Assembly (NCBI GenBank): GCA_041611735.1
Contig: JBFIML010000018.1
Span: 2,353 to 66,352, forward strand
Source: Myxococcota bacterium
Lineage (GTDB): Bacteria > Myxococcota_A > UBA9160 > PR03
Length of the DNA: 64,000 bases
Direction: 5' to 3'
Position numbers and translations under genes: made by a program. The notes beneath the pieces were generated by a model. It had not been told where the DNA came from, searched no databases, and saw only the letters and a program-made list of their open reading frames with translations. The first letter of the stretch is position 1. The number at the start of each line of letters is the position of its first letter. Below, piece after piece: positions 8,987-16,855 of the stretch.

Positions 8987-9400
8987 TCAGCGGCGAAAGA
9001 TCCTTCGGTACCACGGGCTCGATCCCTTCGTAAGATTCTGATCGAGCAGGCGGTTCAGCTCTGCAGGAGCCTTCCGGTCGATGTCGACGTGGATTGGCGA
9101 CCGGTGGCGTTCGAGCTTCCGGATGACCTCCGTGCCGCAGACCCGCTCTAGATCGCTACGCATCACCGGGTCCGTCAAGACCTCCGGACCGGTCATCCCG
9201 TCGATCGAGAGCGAGGACCGCGCTCCTCCGGACTCGATGCAAGTACAGGAGCAGTCGCCGTCGGTGGAGGTGCACTGGCAAAGGCCGTCACAGGTAACGG
9301 AGCATTCGCCGGCTCCGCAGGTGGCTGCCGATGCGTTCGCGCCCACCGAGACGGTGCCCAGGAGCAGCAGACCCACGAATGCGGTTGCCACGGGGTTCAT
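8987..9400 (-). CDS. small secreted 8-cysteine protein, paralogue A (unknown family)
   Basis: The product is 137 aa. The signal peptide is MNPVATAFVGLLLLGTVSVGANA. The Cys block is TCGAGECSVTCDGLCQCTSTDGDCSCTC, followed by a ~90-aa domain. The ATG overlaps the stop of paralogue B as ATGA (9397-9400). G/C at codon position 3 is lower than in core genes. Confidence 0.7.
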   Translation of the reverse strand: MNPVATAFVGLLLLGTVSVGANASAATCGAGECSVTCDGLCQCTSTDGDCSCTCIESGGARSSLSIDGMTGPEVLTDPVMRSDLERVCGTEVIRKLERHRSPIHVDIDRKAPAELNRLLDQNLTKGSSPWYRRIFRR

Positions 9401-9807
9401 TCCGCATCCCTCGGCCGCACGGGCGACGGGCGCCTCTGCTTGGATCCCAGGGCCTCGATCGCCCGTCTGGCGCCCTCCTGATTCTGGTTTCGGATCGAGA
9501 GGTTGACCGTTCGTGAGTTTCTAGTGAGCAGACCCAGCGAATCCCGGCTCAGCATCTTCGGGAGGTCGTGCCGGATGCGGGGGTAGGACATGAGATCGGT
9601 TCCCCGGATACCGCGAATCTGCAGGGTGACCCCATCCTTGCTTGCGTCGAGGCAGATGCAATTACAGCCACTGTCGCCCAGCGCCGTACACCCGCAGCCG
9701 TTGTTGCAGGTCACGCTACATCCGTTGGCCGAGCAGGTGTCGGCCGCTGCCGATACCGGAAGGAGTGCCAGGCAAAGCCCAGACAGCAGCCCGAAAGCTC
9801 GCAACAT
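9397..9807 (-). CDS. small secreted 8-cysteine protein, paralogue B (unknown family)
   Basis: The product is 136 aa. AGGAGG lies 5 nt upstream of the ATG (comp. 9805-9807). The signal peptide is MLRAFGLLSGLCLALLPVSAA. The Cys block is TCSANGCSVTCNNGCGCTALGDSGCNCIC, with nearly the same Cys spacing as paralogue A. Confidence 0.7.
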   Translation of the reverse strand: MLRAFGLLSGLCLALLPVSAAADTCSANGCSVTCNNGCGCTALGDSGCNCICLDASKDGVTLQIRGIRGTDLMSYPRIRHDLPKMLSRDSLGLLTRNSRTVNLSIRNQNQEGARRAIEALGSKQRRPSPVRPRDAE

Positions 9808-10074
9808 GTCGACCTCCTAGCCTCGTCTCCGTTGGTGATGGTGCATCGAATCGCTCCAGAGCATTCTGGACCAACGGGCAGCAACGAGCCAGGTCTGCCG
9901 GTGCCGACCCGCTCTGGACAGATTGCACCCGGAGGCCTTCAGAGCCCGTTCTCCACCAGTTGAACACCGTTCAGCCCGCTCGCAGGGCTTCACCCGGGAG
10001 GGAGGATACCCAAGAGAAGTGGGGTTTCTGAGGTCCGATAAGCCTCGATGTGACAACTCCCCAGGGGATAGCGG

Positions 10075-10375
10075 ACTAGCAGCACCCTAGGCGGGGTCCC
10101 TGGATCTCTACTGGAGACGGCGACGCCGCGGGCGTGCGCCGCCGCGACCAGCGCCTCGAAGCCGAGATCCGGCGCGCCGCCCGGGGGCAGCTAGAGCCGC
10201 TCGGTGGGGATGGACTCCAGCACCGCGACCACGCCGCCGCGGTGGTCCGGATCGGCGTGCCTGGCGACGACGAGGTCCAGCCGCGACACGCCGAGAGCGC
10301 GCAGCGCCGGGACGACGACCGAGCGGCCGAGGTCGAGCCCGCCGGCGCCGGATATCTTGGAACACTTTCGAGGCC
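10075..10375 (-). pseudogene. ComEC-like metallo-beta-lactamase domain, N-terminal fragment (deletion + frameshift + in-frame stop)
   Basis: The fragment reads KVFQDI / [52 protein letters not shown] and, in another frame, LPPGGAPDLGFEALVAAAHARGVAVSSRDPGTPPRVLL. The resident ComEC has VFLDVGQGD...[41 protein letters not shown]. Confidence 0.6.
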
Positions 10376-10433
10376 AATCACCTCGGGCGGCGCTCGGGAC
10401 TGTGACATCCTGCCTCGTCGGGGGCGACCGACT

Positions 10434-11027
10434 CTAGGCTACACCCGACATTTTAAAGATCCGGGTCCGCCGCAACGGGGGGACCCGGGTGGGCGCCACG
10501 TCGCGCGCGCCGAACGGGAAGGTCGGATTGCAGAAGACGACGGGCAGGCCGTTGTCCGCGAAGGTGCGGGCCTCCTGCTCGGAGAGCCACTTGCTGTAGC
10601 CGTAGTCGTTGGCGCGACCCATCTGGTTGAAGGGCACCGGCTCGTCGGCGGGTACGATGCCCTGGCGCAGGCCGAGTGCGGCCACCGAGGAGGTGAAGAC
10701 CACCTTCTCGACGCCGGCCGGCCGCGTGGCCCAGAGCAGCTTCAGCGAGCCGAAGCAGTTGACCTCGTACATCTTCTCGCGGCGCGGCAGCCAGACCGCG
10801 AAGACCGCGGCCAGGTGGAAGACCCGGTCCACGCCCTGCAGGGCGCGTGCGAGGGCGGGCGCGTCGAGCAGGTCGGCCTCTACCCGCTCCACGTCGAGGC
10901 CATCCAGGTTTCGCGTCTCCTCCCCCGGCAGGACCATGGCGCGCACCTCGCGGTTCCTGGCCAGGAGCTCCCGGACCACGTGGGAGCCGATGAAGCCGGC
11001 GGCGCCGGTGACGAGGGTCTTGGGCAT
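10434..11027 (-). pseudogene. NAD-dependent epimerase/dehydratase, 3'-truncated (about 185 of ~330 aa conserved)
   Basis: The ORF begins MPKTLVTGAAGFIGSHVVRELL (Rossmann GxxGxxG) and contains SSVAALG...YGYSKWLSEQ (a YxxxK catalytic motif). Similarity ends near ...GARDVAPT, and the ORF then terminates in AT-richer junction sequence (acattttaaagatcc). Confidence 0.7.
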
Positions 11028-11307
11028 GGTGGTCCTCCCTGCTTCTTGCGCGCCTGGCGGTGGGCCGGGCGCGGTCGATGGTAGTGCGTTCGGGCGGGCG
11101 TGGGGCGGAGAAGCGGGTGAGACGGGCTTTCGCGGGGCGCTGGGGGGGACGTCCTGCGCCGGGCGGAGGCTCAGACGCTGGTCTCGGACGCGGCGGCGGG
11201 CGATCCGCGGCGGCAGCGCGTAGGGTCGAATCGCCGCTCAAGCCTTTGGGTCGTGTACATGGCGGTCCAAGTCCCCCATGGGCTTGGAGACAAACCGCGC
11301 AGTTCGC

Positions 11308-11988
11308 TCACCAATACGTCGCGAAGCGCCTCCGTGTGGCCGCGATACCCACCAAGCCAACACCAAGCAGGAGCGAGGTGTGCGGTTCCGGGATCACGAT
11401 CAAGAGACGTGGAGCAGAGTCGATGCCCTGGGCGAGAGAGAACCCACCCACGATCACTTGGCCTAGATTCGGTAGGGAGAAATGCAAGCCCACGGTGGTA
11501 CCGAGATTGCCTGAAACGAAACTGGTGATGTCGAGTGTAAGCGTGTCCAAGAGCGCGACATCGATCGGTAGGACGACGCTGCCGACCGCTGTAAGCGCTG
11601 GGGAAAAGTCGGGAAACGTAACGGATCCATCCCCCGAGTAGCCGCCGATGTCGATCGGCTCTGCCAGGGCAGCGGAATTCCACCCAAGCACGTCGAAGGC
11701 GAGGGTCGCGCTCGCGACGCTGGTAAACCCTGACAGATCGAACTCCGCAACGAATACGTCCACGAAACTGCTGTGGTTCGTGACAGAGCCGAAAAAGCCG
11801 CCGCCATCATTCGCATCGTCGAGATAATCCGGGCTACCGTCGACTGGGTAATCGCGAATCGTGCCAGCGGCGACCGGGTCGATCGGAGTCGCCGAAGCCG
11901 ACCTGCTCAGGCCGAGAATCAGCAATACGCCGCACAGACCAAAGACCAACCACACGGCGCATGAAGCGTGGGACAGATCTCTCAACAT
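11308..11988 (-). CDS. PEP-CTERM sorting-domain secreted protein
   Basis: I take the start at the internal ATG (comp. 11986-11988), which has GGAGGG 5 nt upstream. The signal peptide is MLRDLSHASCAVWLVFGLCGVLLILGLSRSASA. The C-terminus VIPEPHTSLLLGVGLVGIAATRRR is a PEP motif plus a TM helix plus an Arg cluster. Confidence 0.8.
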   Translation of the reverse strand: MLRDLSHASCAVWLVFGLCGVLLILGLSRSASATPIDPVAAGTIRDYPVDGSPDYLDDANDGGGFFGSVTNHSSFVDVFVAEFDLSGFTSVASATLAFDVLGWNSAALAEPIDIGGYSGDGSVTFPDFSPALTAVGSVVLPIDVALLDTLTLDITSFVSGNLGTTVGLHFSLPNLGQVIVGGFSLAQGIDSAPRLLIVIPEPHTSLLLGVGLVGIAATRRRFATYW

Positions 11989-12760
11989 GCTTCCCTCCGG
12001 ACCACTTGGACGCGCTTCGTCGCGTCCCCTGGCAAACCAGGGAATCAACACCCAATCAAACCAGACCGAGGCATGGAGGACAAGCCAAAAGACGAAGATA
12101 AGCGCTCGGCCCGAAACGCTCCTGAGATCGCACGCTCTCGCTGGGCCGCAAGCCCGCGGCAATTTGTCCCTTCGCTGCTCTATCGACCACAGTTGCATCT
12201 CCGCGCCGGGTTCTCTTCTCCTCGGCGCAACACCGAGCGCCGTGACTCACTGAAACCCCTGCACCCTTCGGCGTGACCAATTGCCACACCTGCACTTGTG
12301 AGGGCGATATCGAACCTCGAGGACTGCTAGCTCGGGGACACCACGCTCGCGACGTAGTACGCACCGAGAATCGCAAGCGCTGAGTGAAGCGCGTCAGCGA
12401 GCCGGCGGGATCCGCGAGGGTCCTGCAGGCGGGCTCGGTCGAGTTGCCGCACGAGCAGCGTCTCGAGGCGTCGCCGGTGGATGTCTCCTGCGCAACCTCC
12501 CGATGCGCGCCACGGTCGTGGACGCCGCCACCGCGCACCGCCTCTGCACGCTGCGCTTCGGCGGCCGACTTCCCACGGCCGAGGAGCGCGACCAGGCGCG
12601 CCACGTGCTGGCGTCGGTGTCGCTGCTCGTGCGCGAATAGGGAGCTCACGACGAGCCCCGCGCTGTGCACGGGTCGTGCCGCACACCGCCTATCCCGCGC
12701 GCTTCGCTCTGCGCTGCCGGAGCCGGCCGGTCCTCCTGTAAGGATGCGAGGAGATATACG

Positions 12761-13150
12761 TTGAACGATCTAGTCGCAGCGCTTCCAGCGCAGACGGCAA
12801 GGGAAGACCTCGGCTTCCCGCCGGACGTCGTCAAGGAGATAGTGACGGCCGTGCAGCGCGGGGACGAGAAGGAACACCGGCGGGCCGAGGTTGTTACGGT
12901 ACGGACCCGGCCGGGGCTCTCGCGCGCCGTCTGGATCGGCCCGGACGATACGGAGACGCGAAAGGAGATCGACGCCTTGCCGAAGGGCATGATCCTCGAC
13001 CGGGCCACCCTGTACGAGATCATCGCGGGCCGGGATCGGCCAGACGGGACGCACGACCGGGGACTTCTCGAGGTGGTCTATGAGGCGTACCGGCACGGCC
13101 ACCCGGCGGCGCGCCGCGCAGTTGAGACCTCCCAGGCGATCCAGCGCGAG
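12761..13150 (+). CDS. hypothetical protein upstream of the integrase (element-borne; extent uncertain)
   Basis: A possible TTG start at 12761 is preceded by GAGGAG. The translation is non-repetitive and of balanced composition (LNDLVAALPAQTAREDLGFPPDVVKEIVTAVQRGDEKEH...LYEIIAGRD...VVYEAYRHGHPAARRAV). There is no stop before the integrase ATG in the same frame, so it may be decayed or fused. Confidence 0.3.
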
Positions 13151-14337
13151 ATGAGAAGCGGAGGCACTAGGCCGCAAGCCTCCCCGGGGCCGGAAGTATC
13201 GCAACCTGTACCTGCGCGGCGGGGCGATCTGGTGCGAGCTGGTCCGGGACGGGAAGCGACACCGCTGCTCGACGAAGACCTCAGACTCGGACACTGCCGC
13301 GGCCGTCCGCGGCGAGTGGGAGCGCCGCTGCTGGGTGGGTGGCCGCTGGTCGCCTTCTTCGGCGAGCTGCCCCTTGACGCGATTGACGGGGACCGGCTCC
13401 TCGACTGGTGGCGCGTCGAGGTGGTGGGCAAGCGCAGCGAGAAGACGGGCCTCAACCTGCTGGGCGTCCTCTCCCATGTGCTCAAGTACGCCCGCCAGAC
13501 GAAGGTGCCGCTCGGCCCCGATCCGATAAGGGCGTTCCGAGAGCTGCTGCACGATGACCAGCGCACGAAGGGGCTCGGGCCGCGAGGCAGTCCAAGGTGC
13601 GTCCCGTGGAGTCCGTGACGGCCCTTGACCGCCTCATCGCGGCGAGCCGGGACGAGGGCACCGCAGCCGAGGTCTGCGTGCTCCTGGGCCTCGATGCGGG
13701 CCTCCGGGCTGGGGAGGCCCTGCCGCTTCGCTGGCGTGACATCACCTGGGGTGCGGACGGCGGTCGCCGCCGGCTCTGGATCGAGCGCAACCGACCCCGG
13801 ACATCCTCGGTGGACGAGGCCCCGAAGAGCGGCCGAGAGCGGTCGGTGGCCCTGTCCCAACGGCTCCGGGACGCCCTCGCCCGCCTCTACCGCGAGCGTT
13901 GGGAGCCCGGTCCCGATCGCCTTGTCCGCGAGGGCGTCAACTACTGGACCTTCCGCGAAGGCGCATGGCGTCGCATCACGAAGACCGCGGACCTGGCCGG
14001 CGTGCGGTTCAAGGATCTGCGCGGCACCTACGCGAGCCAGCTCCTCACTTGCGGGATCTCTCTGCAATACATCAGCAAGCAGCTCGGTCGCGGCAGGATT
14101 GAGGTGACCCAGCGCCACTACGCCAAGTGGATCGGCGACGACGACTACCGCGAGCCGATGCGGCTGCGGGAGGGTGAGGTGGTGGCGGACCTGCTGGCCC
14201 GTCTACCCGCCGATGTCCCCACAAGAATCCCCACACTCGAGGACGCGGACGAAGAAGTGTCGGCGGTTTACGGGGTTACATGGCGTCCCCAACGGGATTC
14301 GAACCCGTGTTACCGCCTTGAAAGGGCGGAGTCCTAG
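13151..14337 (+). pseudogene. tyrosine recombinase/phage-type integrase needing three frame changes
   Basis: The ATG is at 13151 in frame 2. The arm-type N-terminus RKYRNLYLRGGAIWCELVRDGKRHRCSTKTSDSDTAAAVRGEWERR lies in frame 0 (~13191-13328). The core-binding part LLGGWPLVAFFGELPLD...LKYARQTKV...FRELLHDDQRTKG returns to frame 2. The catalytic domain lies in frame 1 from ~13580 (LRAGEALPLRWRDI, KSGRERSVAL, FKDLRGTYASQLL, GRGRIEVTQRHYAKW). The 3' end overlaps tRNA-Glu by 57 nt. Confidence 0.75.
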
Positions 14338-14356
14338 GCCTCTAGACGATGGGGAC
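14281..14356 (-). tRNA. tRNA-Glu: tRNA-Glu (anticodon UUC), CCA encoded
   Basis: The reverse complement is GTCCCCATCGTCTAGAGGCCTAGGACTCCGCCCTTTCAAGGCGGTAACACGGGTTCGAATCCCGTTGGGGACGCCA. The acceptor stem is GTCCCCA/TGGGGAC. The anticodon stem is CCGCC/GGCGG with loop CTTTCAA. The T-arm is ACGGG-TTCGAAT-CCCGT. The sequence closely resembles canonical bacterial tRNA-Glu. Confidence 0.95.
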
Positions 14357-14451
14357 GCGCTCGGGTCGAGGAGTATGACGCATCGGGCCGGTGCGCCAAG
14401 CCGACGGGAGGAGGGAGCGCCGGGCCGTGTGGGCGGGCTAGACTCGGATCC

Positions 14452-15378
14452 ATGGACGAGCAGGCCGTCCGTGCCGAACGCGCCCACAACCTGTGGCTCT
14501 CCTTCGCGCGCAAGTTCCCGGTGCTGACCAAGGCCACGGCCCTGGAGGCCCGGCCCCAGGTGGCGGAGGACCGCGTCGGGGGGCTGGCGACCGCCAAGGA
14601 GGAGGTGCTGACCTACGCCTGTGCCGCCACCCACCCGGAGGTCTACGCGCGCTGGGGGACGGTCCCGCCCTCGGCCATGCTGCTGATCGGCGACCGGGGC
14701 GTCGGGAAGCGGCTGCTCGTGGCGGCCCTGGCCACCCGCACGGAGACCGCCTTCCTGCAGGTCAACGTGCCGCAGCTCGTGATCGAGCTCGTGCACCGGG
14801 GCGCCCGGGTCGGCGAGGTGTTCGGCGCCTGGTCCCAGACCCTGTCCGAGATGCCGCCGACGACGGTGTTCTTCGACGAGCTGGAGTTCTCCCAGGCCCA
14901 GGAGATCGGGGCCCACCGGCCGGAGCTCCCCGCCGGCCCGATCATGGACTTCCTGCTCGAGCTGATCGACCGCAGCGTCGAGGTGGAGACGACGCTCGTG
15001 GTGGCCTCGACCGCCCATCCCGACACGCTGCGGCACGCGTTCCTGGCCACGGGCCGCTTCGAACGGGTGGTGGAGGTGACTCCCGTGTTCCCGGAGGACA
15101 TCGTGGAAGCCCTGCGCATCCACGCCGGGGACGCCGAGAAGCGGGCCGGGCGGCCGCTCTTCCAGGACGTGGACTGGGGTCAGGTGGTGTCCAAGTTCCG
15201 GGGCCCGTCCACGGGCGAGTGGATCCGGCTCCTGCACGCCGCCCTGCGCCGCAAGGCCCGTTGCGATGCGGTGGGTGAGAAGACCCAGCCGGTCGTCACC
15301 AGCGACCTCCTCGAGGAGGTCGAACGCTTCCGCAAGGCGAGCACGCGGCTGCGTGCTCCCGGCGGGATCTACCTCTAG
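14452..15378 (+). CDS. AAA+ ATPase (classical FtsH/Cdc48-type AAA domain) with an atypical Walker A
   Basis: Walker A-like GDRGVGKR, Walker B VFFDELE, and an SRH-like segment VVASTAHPDTLRHAFLATGRFERVVEV are present. Confidence 0.75.
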   Translation: MDEQAVRAERAHNLWLSFARKFPVLTKATALEARPQVAEDRVGGLATAKEEVLTYACAATHPEVYARWGTVPPSAMLLIGDRGVGKRLLVAALATRTETAFLQVNVPQLVIELVHRGARVGEVFGAWSQTLSEMPPTTVFFDELEFSQAQEIGAHRPELPAGPIMDFLLELIDRSVEVETTLVVASTAHPDTLRHAFLATGRFERVVEVTPVFPEDIVEALRIHAGDAEKRAGRPLFQDVDWGQVVSKFRGPSTGEWIRLLHAALRRKARCDAVGEKTQPVVTSDLLEEVERFRKASTRLRAPGGIYL

Positions 15379-15389
15379 GGGCAGGCCCG

Positions 15390-16514
15390 GTGGAGACCTG
15401 GCTGGTCACGGGCGGCGCCGGCTTCATCGGCTCGAACTTCGTGCACCTGGCGCTGGCGCGCACCGACGCCCGGGTGGTGGTGCTCGACAAGCTGACCTAC
15501 GCGGGGAGCCTGCGGAACCTCGCCCCGCTCCGGACCGATGCGCGCTTCCGCTTCGAGCAGGCGGACATCGCGGACCCCGCCGCCGTGGCGGCCCTGTTCG
15601 AGCGCGAGCGGCCGCGGGCGGTGCTCAACTTCGCGGCCGAGACCCACGTGGACCGCTCCATCGAGGGTCCGGCGGCCTTCATCCACACCAACGTGGTCGG
15701 CACCTTCGAGCTGCTGGAGGCGGCGCGTCGCCACTGGAGCGGGCTGGCGGCGCCCGAGCAGCGCGGCTTCCGATTCCTGCACGTCTCCACGGACGAGGTG
15801 TACGGGAGCCTGGGTCCCGAGGGGGCCTTCCAGGAGACCACGCCCTACGCGCCGAACTCCCCCTACGCCGCCTCCAAGGCCGCCGCAGACCACCTGGTGC
15901 GCGCCTATCACGTCACCTATGGCCTCCCCACCCTGGTCACCAACTGCTCCAACAACTTCGGGCCCTACCAGTTCCCGGAGAAGCTGATCCCCCTCATGAT
16001 CCTGAACGCCGTGGAGGGACGTCCGCTCCCGATCTACGGCGACGGCCGCCAGGTACGGGACTGGATCTACGTGGAGGACCACTGCGCCGGGGTGCTGGCG
16101 GTGCTCGAGCGCGGACGGGTGGGCGAGCACTACCACCTGGGCGCCGGCCAGGAGCGCACCAACCTGGAGATGGTGGACCTCCTGTGCGCGCGGCTCGAGG
16201 CCCAGCGTCCGGCCGCTGCCAACCCCGCCCTGGCCGCCGCGGGCGTGGCCCGCTACGCGGACCTCAAGCGCTACGTCGCGGACCGGCCGGGTCACGACCG
16301 CCGCTACGCCATCGACGCCGCCAAGGCGCGCCGCGAGTTCGGCTGGAGCCCGCGCCACGGCCTGGAGGAGGCCCTCGACCGCACCGTGGCCTGGTACCTG
16401 GAGCACCGCGACTGGTGCCGGGAGGTGCAGCGCGAGGCGGCCTACGGTCGCGAGCGCCTGGGCCTCTCCCAGGCCCCGCCGAAGCCCCCGGCGCGAGCCG
16501 GCTCCGGGGGCTGA
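15390..16514 (+). CDS. rfbB: dTDP-glucose 4,6-dehydratase
   Basis: Diagnostic segments are LVTGGAGFIGSNFV, FAAETHVDRSI, STDEVYG, YAASKAAADHLVRAY, VTNCSNNFGPYQFPEKLIP and DGRQVRDWIYVEDH. The start is GTG. Confidence 0.93.
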   Translation: METWLVTGGAGFIGSNFVHLALARTDARVVVLDKLTYAGSLRNLAPLRTDARFRFEQADIADPAAVAALFERERPRAVLNFAAETHVDRSIEGPAAFIHTNVVGTFELLEAARRHWSGLAAPEQRGFRFLHVSTDEVYGSLGPEGAFQETTPYAPNSPYAASKAAADHLVRAYHVTYGLPTLVTNCSNNFGPYQFPEKLIPLMILNAVEGRPLPIYGDGRQVRDWIYVEDHCAGVLAVLERGRVGEHYHLGAGQERTNLEMVDLLCARLEAQRPAAANPALAAAGVARYADLKRYVADRPGHDRRYAIDAAKARREFGWSPRHGLEEALDRTVAWYLEHRDWCREVQREAAYGRERLGLSQAPPKPPARAGSGG

Positions 16515-16529
16515 GCCCTCGCAGCGGCC

Positions 16530-16545
16530 GTCCCGTCCCCGGGAC
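16530..16545. promoter_or_regulatory. palindrome GTCCCG-N4-CGGGAC, copy 1 (possible protein-binding site or rfbB terminator stem)
   Basis: ccGTCCCGtcccCGGGACgc lies 16 nt after the rfbB stop. It is 19/20 identical to copy 2. Confidence 0.3.
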
Positions 16546-16710
16546 GCGCCCCGCATCCCCGTCCCGGTCCCGACGCGAGGGCCCTGCCCGGGAGCACCCT
16601 CTCCCGGCCGCGCCGCGAGTTCTCCGCCCCGCCTGCCGCCGCGCGCGGCGGAGCCCCCCGTGCAGGGCGACCGCAAGCTGCCGGCTGCTTGCGGCCCGCC
16701 TGCCGGGTCC

Positions 16711-16726
16711 GTCCCGCCCCCGGGAC
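16711..16726. promoter_or_regulatory. palindrome GTCCCG-N4-CGGGAC, copy 2 (possible enhancer-binding-protein site)
   Basis: ccGTCCCGccccCGGGACgc lies about 80 nt upstream of the sigma-54-like element. Confidence 0.3.
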
Positions 16727-16804
16727 GCTGGCGGACCTCGTGCGATTTCTCGGAAACGGCCGTAACCATCCGATCTGGAATTGGAATCCTGCGTGGCGTC
16801 GAGC

Positions 16805-16819
16805 TGGCACGCAGATTGG
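16805..16819 (+). promoter_or_regulatory. sigma-54 (-24/-12)-like promoter upstream of the HD-GYP response regulator
   Basis: TGGCACgcagaTTGG matches the TGGCAC-N5-TTGC consensus except C to G at the -12 GC. It lies 37 nt upstream of ATG 16856. rpoN is encoded in this window. Confidence 0.3.
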
Positions 16820-16855
16820 AAGGGAGCTGGGGGCTCGCGAGGCGTCGGAGGTGGG

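Larger units (their letters stand above)
6931..14356. mobile_element. degraded tRNA-Glu-associated integrative element / mosaic accessory segment (left boundary undetermined)
   Basis: The integrase gene reads into the 3' end of tRNA-Glu. The segment is dense in pseudogenes and fragments. Spot GC counts are 34/60 at 9501-9560 and 34/60 at 11941-12000, against 49/60 at 30001-30060. No convincing att direct repeat was found by eye. Confidence 0.4.

Noticed and set aside
8932-9929. 9-bp inverted repeat (ggtgcaatc at 8932-8940, gattgcacc at 9921-9929) flanking the Cys-rich gene pair
   Set aside because: A single 9-mer match between two ~300-nt flanks is about what chance predicts. No extended terminal inverted repeat or target-site duplication is visible.
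12503-12640. Coding-like plus-strand frame MRATVVDAATAHRLCTLRFGGRLPTAEERDQARHVLASVSLLVRE* with very high third-position GC
   Set aside because: This is probably the 3' remnant of a destroyed gene. It is too short, has no start context and no recognisable family, so it is not reported as a feature. The overlapping track ORFs 12327..12686 and 12384..12764 look non-coding.
14359-14451. Possible tRNA-Glu promoter (TTGGCG-N16-CATACT on the minus strand)
   Set aside because: The -10 match is weak and there is no independent support, so it was left out of the feature list.
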